Source: Candidatus Bathyarchaeia archaeon (GTDB taxonomy: Archaea; Thermoproteota; Bathyarchaeia; Bathyarchaeales; Bathycorpusculaceae). Taken from it: DNA of 12,194 nt. Below are positions 6,901 through 12,194 of the stretch, one piece after another. Position 1 is the first letter of the stretch, and each line of letters starts with the position of its first letter. The stretch covers positions 1-12,194 of the forward strand of contig JBBFKZ010000013.1 of the NCBI GenBank assembly GCA_037481775.1, in the 5' to 3' direction. A program made the translations under genes and the position numbers. Below the pieces are notes generated by a model that was not told where the DNA came from, ran no database searches, and was given only the letters and a program-made list of their open reading frames with translations.

Positions 6901-9330
6901 TTGGGGAAAAAACCAACTTCTGGAATAATGATAATACTGCTTATAACTAGCGCTATAGCCTTAAGCCTTCACGCCCAGCCTGTTAAATCCAGCGGCACAA
7001 TCATCATCGCCGCTGATGGAGCAATAGACCCGCCAACCGCGACGTTAATGCGCGATGGAAGCGTCTACGTCTTCACTGACAATGTTTATGATGAAATCGT
7101 AGTGAAAAAAAGTGGCATAACAATAGACGGGAACGGCTATACGCTTGAAGGCTCAGGAAACGGCAACGGCTTCCGCTTGGATGGCGTAAGCAACGTTACA
7201 ATTCGGAATGTAAACATCCGCGGCTTCAAATGCGGCATTCACCTCGAGGCTGCATCGGGTAATACTATAGTTGGAAATACAATAGCCAATTGCAGTTATG
7301 ACGGCATTAACATAGTCTCTTCATCAAGCAACACCATCATAGGTAACACGTTGGTAAACAATTACCATTCCATCCGCATGCATGGTTCAACTGGCAACTT
7401 TGTTCAAAATAACACTATAACCAGCAGCTACCACGGCGTCTTCATGCACAGTTCCTCGGACAACACCATATCTGGAAACATTATAGCAAACATTTATCTC
7501 AGAGGCATCGAGCTTTACAGCGCCTCCGATTCCAACATGTTGTCTGGAAATAAGCTGTCAAACGTTTTCCGCGGAATCTGGCTTTCTGTCTCCTCTAATA
7601 ACGTTATTTCAGGAAATACTATTGAAGAAAATCACTATGAGGGCATCTCCTTCTATGGCTCTTCCAATAATACCATTTCCGGCAACATTTTCAGAAACAG
7701 CAACTATGACGCCATCTCAATCTATGGCTCCTCGCAGTTCAACAGTATCACCGGAAACACGATAACCGACAGTTTCTATGGCATACATCTTCATGATAAT
7801 TCAAAATTTAACATCCTATCCGAGAACATCATCAGCCAAAGCAACCGCGGAATCCACCTCCACGGGTTCTCGGAGCAAAATATCATCTCTAGGAACGCTA
7901 TAACTGGCTGTTACGATGGCGTCTACCTTGATGTTTCTTCATGGGTTAACACTGTTTCAGAGAATGCGATAACCAACAGCAACCGCGCCATCTACATGGA
8001 TGGGTCAATCAATAACACTGTTTCCGGCAACACGTTAACCGCTAACCGCGAGGGCATTTCTCTTTATGGTTCTTCTAACTTTAACAAGATTTTAGGAAAC
8101 ATCGTGAAAAACAACAGTTATGCAGGCATTTACGTTTACTCCTCCCGCGGCAACCTTATCTCTGAAAACACTGTAACCGAAAACTATCACGGCATCCACC
8201 TCGACAGCGCCGCAAATAACACTGTTTCCAAGAATATTGTGGAAAAAAACGGCTACAGCGGCATTTTCTTAGATGACTCAGCCGACTTTAACATGATCTC
8301 CTACAATCGCGTGAAGGGCAACGGTTACGACGGCGTCATAGTCTACGATAGCTCCAACTTTAATGTCGTCTCCGGAAACACCATAGACGGCAACAGCTAC
8401 GACGGCATCTTCCTTTACTGCTCCTACAATAACACGATCTCTGAAAACACTATCACCGGCAATTTCCGCGGCGTCTTCTTCTGGAACTCTTCAGGAAGCG
8501 CCATATATGAGAATAGCATAGCGAACAGCGGCTACGACGGCATGTGCATTCACGGCGCATACAACACTATCTTTTGCAACGTTATAACGAACAGCGGCTA
8601 CGACGGCATCGGCGTTCACGGCGCTTTCAACACAATCTTCGGAAACACGATAGCCGAGAGTGCCTACGACGGCATCCACTTCTACGACTCGTTCTACAAC
8701 AATGTTTACCACAACAATCTAATCAACAACACTCGCCAAATTCGCCTCTCAGATAGCAGCATAACGCTGGATGACGGCTACCCCTCCGGCGGAAACTACT
8801 TCAGCGACTACAACGGCGCAGACAGCAACAGCGACGGAATAGGCGACACCACGTACATAGTTAATGACAGCGCCCAGGACAATTATCCTCTCATGGCACC
8901 TGTCCACGTTTTCCAAGTAGGCACGTGGAATGGGACGCGGCAATTTGTTAACATAGTAAGTAGCGCCATTATCTCTGCCTTCAATTTTGAAGCTTCACAA
9001 CGTCTTCTCATACAGTTTGTTGCTAAAGCGCTGGATGACGCCGTTTTCTGCCGGGTCGCAGTTCCAAAAGCGCCCTTCAACGCTGCCAGCGCTTGGACGG
9101 TTAAAGTGAACGGTAAAGTAGTCGCGTCAGACATTGTGGTGATGGATGCGGCAACATACTTTTACTTCACAATTGAGTCTGGCACGCAAACAATTGAAAT
9201 AAACGGCGAAGTAGCAAGCGAGTTTCCTATGTGGATTCCCGGGTTACTTATATTTGCTACGGTTGCAGTTATCTTAGCATTGCTTGTTTATAGACGGCGC
9301 CATTCTAAATCTTCGCTATCACTCTGTTAA
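6901..9330 (+). CDS. Cell-surface parallel beta-helix (NosD/CASH/PbH1 repeat) protein with signal peptide and C-terminal membrane anchor
   Basis: Signal peptide; ITIDGNGYTLEG cap; about 23 repeats of 22-24 aa (GI.L..SS.N.I.GN.I.N); DDGYPSGGNYFSDY..DSNSDGIGD..Y....DNYPL closing motif; SEFP-TM-RRR tail. Confidence 0.92.
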   Translation: MGKKPTSGIMIILLITSAIALSLHAQPVKSSGTIIIAADGAIDPPTATLMRDGSVYVFTDNVYDEIVVKKSGITIDGNGYTLEGSGNGNGFRLDGVSNVTIRNVNIRGFKCGIHLEAASGNTIVGNTIANCSYDGINIVSSSSNTIIGNTLVNNYHSIRMHGSTGNFVQNNTITSSYHGVFMHSSSDNTISGNIIANIYLRGIELYSASDSNMLSGNKLSNVFRGIWLSVSSNNVISGNTIEENHYEGISFYGSSNNTISGNIFRNSNYDAISIYGSSQFNSITGNTITDSFYGIHLHDNSKFNILSENIISQSNRGIHLHGFSEQNIISRNAITGCYDGVYLDVSSWVNTVSENAITNSNRAIYMDGSINNTVSGNTLTANREGISLYGSSNFNKILGNIVKNNSYAGIYVYSSRGNLISENTVTENYHGIHLDSAANNTVSKNIVEKNGYSGIFLDDSADFNMISYNRVKGNGYDGVIVYDSSNFNVVSGNTIDGNSYDGIFLYCSYNNTISENTITGNFRGVFFWNSSGSAIYENSIANSGYDGMCIHGAYNTIFCNVITNSGYDGIGVHGAFNTIFGNTIAESAYDGIHFYDSFYNNVYHNNLINNTRQIRLSDSSITLDDGYPSGGNYFSDYNGADSNSDGIGDTTYIVNDSAQDNYPLMAPVHVFQVGTWNGTRQFVNIVSSAIISAFNFEASQRLLIQFVAKALDDAVFCRVAVPKAPFNAASAWTVKVNGKVVASDIVVMDAATYFYFTIESGTQTIEINGEVASEFPMWIPGLLIFATVAVILALLVYRRRHSKSSLSLC
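8518..8649 (+). repeat. 66-bp intragenic tandem duplication (two beta-helix coils)
   Basis: Units 8518-8583 and 8584-8649 match at 53 of 66 nt by hand count, including an identical 22-mer CGAACAGCGGCTACGACGGCAT at 8522 and 8588. Confidence 0.8.
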
Positions 9331-9365
9331 CCTGTTTTAGTAGGCGGCTTATTGCTTCGTCTGAA

Positions 9366-10760
9366 CTACTTAACGCCAAGCCGGAATATTACTGCTCTTC
9401 GGAAATGCGCAAGTATTGTACGTAGTATCGAAAAGCTCCAGAATCTTCCTCTGCCGAAGATGCTGAAGAAGTATCCTGGGCGGAGATAGAATCGCTGGAA
9501 AGCGCGCTCCCGAAGTTCCCGGAGTTCTTCGCCGGTCATTGTTCCCATTTTGAACACAGGGGTTGCCGTGTCGAACTTGTTGAAGTCGTTTGTCAACAGC
9601 AAGCCTTCCTTCACAACTTTCTCGTACAGGGGCGTTCCAGGATAAGGTGTGGCAATGTAGTAGCCGATGTCGTCGGGTTTAAGCCGTTCTATGAAGCGTA
9701 TAGTCTCCCAGATGGTTTCTTTGGTTTCTCCCGGGAAGCCTAAGATGACATTTGCAACCGTCATCAGCCCCACTTCCTTTGCCCACTTGAATGCTCTAAT
9801 TGTTTGCGCAGGTGTGATTCCCTTGCGCATGGCGTCTAACACTGGCTGCGAACCAGACTCAACTCCCAGCCACACGGCGAAGCAGCCGGCTTCCTTCATG
9901 GTGCGAAGCAGGTCTTTCGTAACCATGTCCACGCGGGTTTCACAGTCCCATTTTATCTTTAATCCGCGACGTTTTATCTCACGGCATATTTCTGCAGCTC
10001 TCTTCTGGTCTACAGTGAATGCGTCATCATAGAACGTGAACTGGTATGCCCCGAATTTTCTATGCAAATACTCAATTTCATCCACTACGTTTTTCGGGCT
10101 TCTCATGCGATAGCGTCGGCCGAACATTCGCACCGCAGTGCAGAAGTCGCACCAGTAAACGCAGCCGCGGCTTGTTACCAATGGGAATATTACTGTTCCA
10201 TGTTTCCGAAGCCGCTCAAGCGGCCACAGATGATGTGCTGGAAAGGGCAGCGCGTCTAAATCTTCGATATACGGACGGTCCGCGTTCTTTACTATCTGCC
10301 CGTTTTTTCTGCAAGTGGTTCCGAGAACATCATAGTAGCCTTTGCCTGTTTCCATCCGCTCCGCAAGCTCCAGCATCGTGTTCTCTCCTTCCTTTCTCAC
10401 AATCACATCCAACTGTGGGCATTCCTGTAGTGCTTCCTGATCCCAGAACGAAACATGCGAGCCGCCCATGGCTGTTAGGCACTTTGGATGGACTTCCTTG
10501 GCTATTCTCGCTATTTGCAGCCCAGACTTGTACGTAAGCGTCGTCGACGTGATGCCGACTATGTCAGGCTTATGCTTCGCGATCTCGCTTCTAAATCCTT
10601 CATAATTCAAGCCGAGGGCTTGGCAGTCAATCACGTCAACTTTATACTGGGCTTTTTCTAAAACGGCCGCTAAATACCCTAAGCCTAATGGAGTAAACGG
10701 CGGATGCTGATGAGAACCACTAGGGTAGGGTGGATTCACAAGGGTTACATGTGTCTTCAT
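9366..10760 (-). CDS. Cobalamin (B12)-binding radical SAM enzyme (class B methyltransferase-like)
   Basis: N-terminal B12-binding domain (PLGLGYLAAVL, PDIVGIT, GGSHVS, VRKEGE); TSRGCVYWCDFC CX3CX2C motif; FYDDAF, GVESGS, LGFPGET, TPYPGTPLY; 464 aa. Confidence 0.93.
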   Translation of the reverse strand: MKTHVTLVNPPYPSGSHQHPPFTPLGLGYLAAVLEKAQYKVDVIDCQALGLNYEGFRSEIAKHKPDIVGITSTTLTYKSGLQIARIAKEVHPKCLTAMGGSHVSFWDQEALQECPQLDVIVRKEGENTMLELAERMETGKGYYDVLGTTCRKNGQIVKNADRPYIEDLDALPFPAHHLWPLERLRKHGTVIFPLVTSRGCVYWCDFCTAVRMFGRRYRMRSPKNVVDEIEYLHRKFGAYQFTFYDDAFTVDQKRAAEICREIKRRGLKIKWDCETRVDMVTKDLLRTMKEAGCFAVWLGVESGSQPVLDAMRKGITPAQTIRAFKWAKEVGLMTVANVILGFPGETKETIWETIRFIERLKPDDIGYYIATPYPGTPLYEKVVKEGLLLTNDFNKFDTATPVFKMGTMTGEELRELRERAFQRFYLRPGYFFSIFGRGRFWSFSILRTILAHFRRAVIFRLGVK

Positions 10761-10808
10761 TTCTTCTCCCTAAGCACCGATTCTTGCATATCTACATGAA
10801 GGTGTGTG

Positions 10809-10823
10809 CTTAATATCTTTTGC
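10809..10823 (-). promoter_or_regulatory. Candidate BRE-TATA promoter for the minus-strand radical SAM gene
   Basis: Minus strand reads GCAAAAG ATATTAAG, about 49 nt upstream of ATG 10760. Confidence 0.5.
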
Positions 10824-10846
10824 ATAATTTAACCGCTAAAACGCAA

Positions 10847-10921
10847 GAACGCGGCGCTGAGTGGCGCGCTGCTTGCTTATGCTCCTGGTTCGGGTGGGCA
10901 TGTAAACAAGATGCCGCGTTC
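10847..10921 (+). other. GC-rich intergenic stem-loop element (candidate structured RNA or cis element)
   Basis: Outer arms GAACGCGGC (10847-10855) and GCCGCGTTC (10913-10921) are perfectly complementary; nested CTTG/CAAG and TATGCTC/GGGCATG pairings include G-U wobbles. Confidence 0.45.
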
Positions 10922-10922
10922 A

Positions 10923-10937
10923 GTAAAAGTATTTAAG
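10923..10937 (+). promoter_or_regulatory. Candidate BRE-TATA promoter for the plus-strand radical SAM gene
   Basis: GTAAAAG TATTTAAG, about 75 nt upstream of TTG 11012. Confidence 0.5.
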
Positions 10938-11011
10938 CGCATTATCATCTTAAAGGTGTAAACCCATCAAAATATGGTATGCCGCAAAATGCATAGAGAG
11001 AGGAAGCAGAA

Positions 11012-12194
11012 TTGATTTTTCTCATGAGCACGGCTCCGCCTGAACATTCGCCTTGGAGTGTACCAATGAGGCTTCCGCCGCTGGGATTATCCTACGTTGC
11101 GGCGGCTCTTGAAAAAGCCGGCTTCAAAGTCGAAATGCTTGACAATTACCTGCTTAGAAAATCAATAGACGAGGTCAAAGAAATCGTTAAACGCGCCAGC
11201 CCGGAAATTGTCGGGATGACATGCAGCTCCGCGTCGTACCCGCGTTGTGTAGAAACAGCCAAAGCCATAAAAGAAGTGCTGCCTTCCTGCAAGATTGTGG
11301 TTGGCGGATGGCATCCTTCATATGTGCCTGAAAGCATGCTGCAGCATCCCGAGATAGATTATGTTGTCGTAGGCGAGGGCGAACGGGCGATGGTGGAGCT
11401 TGCAACATGCCTCACAAAGGGCGACGAGAAGGCCGCGGCGCAAGTTGCAGGCGTAGCCTATAGACATAAAGGGAAAATAGTGCAGAATGCGCAGTCTTTC
11501 ATTAAAAACTTGGATGAGCTTCCCTTTCCCGCACGGCATCTGTTGCCCATGCACCTTTATGAGAAAGAGATCCCGTATCTGAAGGCTAAACCCTTCACCA
11601 CCATGAACATAGTGCGCGGTTGCCCCTTCAACTGCATATACTGTGAGACGCGGCGGCTGTGGGGACAAACTTGCCGCGGCTTCAGCCCACCGCGGGTAGT
11701 TGACGAAATCGTGCATTTAAAAGAAACCTATGGGATAAGGGGCATCTACTTTGTAGGCGACAACTTTACAATAAACAAAAAGCGGACAATGGAACTTTGC
11801 GAGCTAATAAAGAAATCCAAACTGGACGTCGAATGGGTCTGCGACACCAGAGCCGACATGATTTCGCGCGAGCTTCTACAAGCCATGAAAGAGGCCGGTT
11901 GCCGAACAATCTGGTTCGGCGTGGAGTCAGGCTCACCGCGCATTTTAGAAAAAATTAACAAGGGCATCACCATTGAGCAGACGGTTCAAGCGTTTAAGCT
12001 ATGCAGAGAAGCGGGCATACGCATAGCCTCTTCGTTTATCATGGGCATTCCTGGAGAAACACTTGAAGACATCGAAATGACCTACAAGTTTGCTAAAAAA
12101 CTGGATCCAGACTGGGCTCAATTCAACGTTTACATTGCAGTGCCAGGCAGCGGCCTATATGATGAAGTAATGCAGAAGGGCCTCTACGACCGCA
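11012..12194 (+). CDS. Second cobalamin-binding radical SAM enzyme, 3' end outside window (absent from ORF track)
   Basis: Hand translation gives an open frame from TTG 11012 (GAGAGGA 7 nt upstream; ATG 11024 is an alternative) to the window end: MIFLMSTAPP...LPPLGLSYVAAALEKAG, PEIVGMT, VVGGWHPS, VVVGEGE, RGCPFNCIYC (Cys motif at 11621-11644), GVESGS, MGIPGET. Confidence 0.93.
   Translation, partial: MIFLMSTAPPEHSPWSVPMRLPPLGLSYVAAALEKAGFKVEMLDNYLLRKSIDEVKEIVKRASPEIVGMTCSSASYPRCVETAKAIKEVLPSCKIVVGGWHPSYVPESMLQHPEIDYVVVGEGERAMVELATCLTKGDEKAAAQVAGVAYRHKGKIVQNAQSFIKNLDELPFPARHLLPMHLYEKEIPYLKAKPFTTMNIVRGCPFNCIYCETRRLWGQTCRGFSPPRVVDEIVHLKETYGIRGIYFVGDNFTINKKRTMELCELIKKSKLDVEWVCDTRADMISRELLQAMKEAGCRTIWFGVESGSPRILEKINKGITIEQTVQAFKLCREAGIRIASSFIMGIPGETLEDIEMTYKFAKKLDPDWAQFNVYIAVPGSGLYDEVMQKGLYDR

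Noticed and set aside
8518-8715. Asn (AAC)-rich near-identical repeats as a diversity-generating retroelement TR/VR pair
   Set aside because: Mismatches are not adenine-specific, the units are tandem and in-frame, and no reverse transcriptase is present.
6901-9330. Calling the gene nosD, or reading its repeats as a CRISPR array
   Set aside because: No nosZ/F/Y genes are nearby, and the repeats are degenerate protein-coding coils, not identical repeats with unique spacers.
10771-10812. 7-bp inverted repeat TAAGCAC/GTGCTTA overlapping the minus-strand TATA box
   Set aside because: Too short, with a 28-nt spacer, to distinguish from chance.
10979-11011. In-frame ATG...TAG upstream of the second radical SAM gene as pyrrolysine read-through
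   Set aside because: The extension has no homology value, an SD-like sequence with TTG follows the TAG, and TAG serves as an ordinary stop for pcc1 and the first radical SAM gene.
9667-11973. Opposite-strand ORFs 9667-10032 and 11746-11973 that resemble each other (EPDSTP...QPASFM)
   Set aside because: The similarity is simply the antisense reading of the conserved MKEAGC...GVESGS segment in the two radical SAM paralogues.

Overview
Archaeal genomic window, most likely Bathyarchaeia or a related TACK lineage (inferred from protein families and motif style, not from a search). Bases 1-3846 hold a shortened exosome/proteasome superoperon: the 3' end of proteasome alpha, SBDS/Sdo1, Rrp4, Rrp41, Rrp42, eL43 (L37Ae) with an acidic tail, and Pcc1. 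The usual neighbours rpoP, the Brix protein and prefoldin beta are absent here. The rest looks like accessory genes: a non-canonical Dph6-like PP-loop ATPase, a secreted hypothetical protein with glycoside-hydrolase-like motifs, an ICMT/Ste14-family membrane methyltransferase, an 809-aa membrane-anchored beta-helix (NosD/CASH-type) surface protein, and two head-to-head cobalamin-binding radical SAM paralogues. The second paralogue runs off the window and is missing from the ORF track. A GC-rich, roughly 75-nt hairpin-forming element lies between the two radical SAM promoters. No tRNA, rRNA, CRISPR array or mobile element was recognised.
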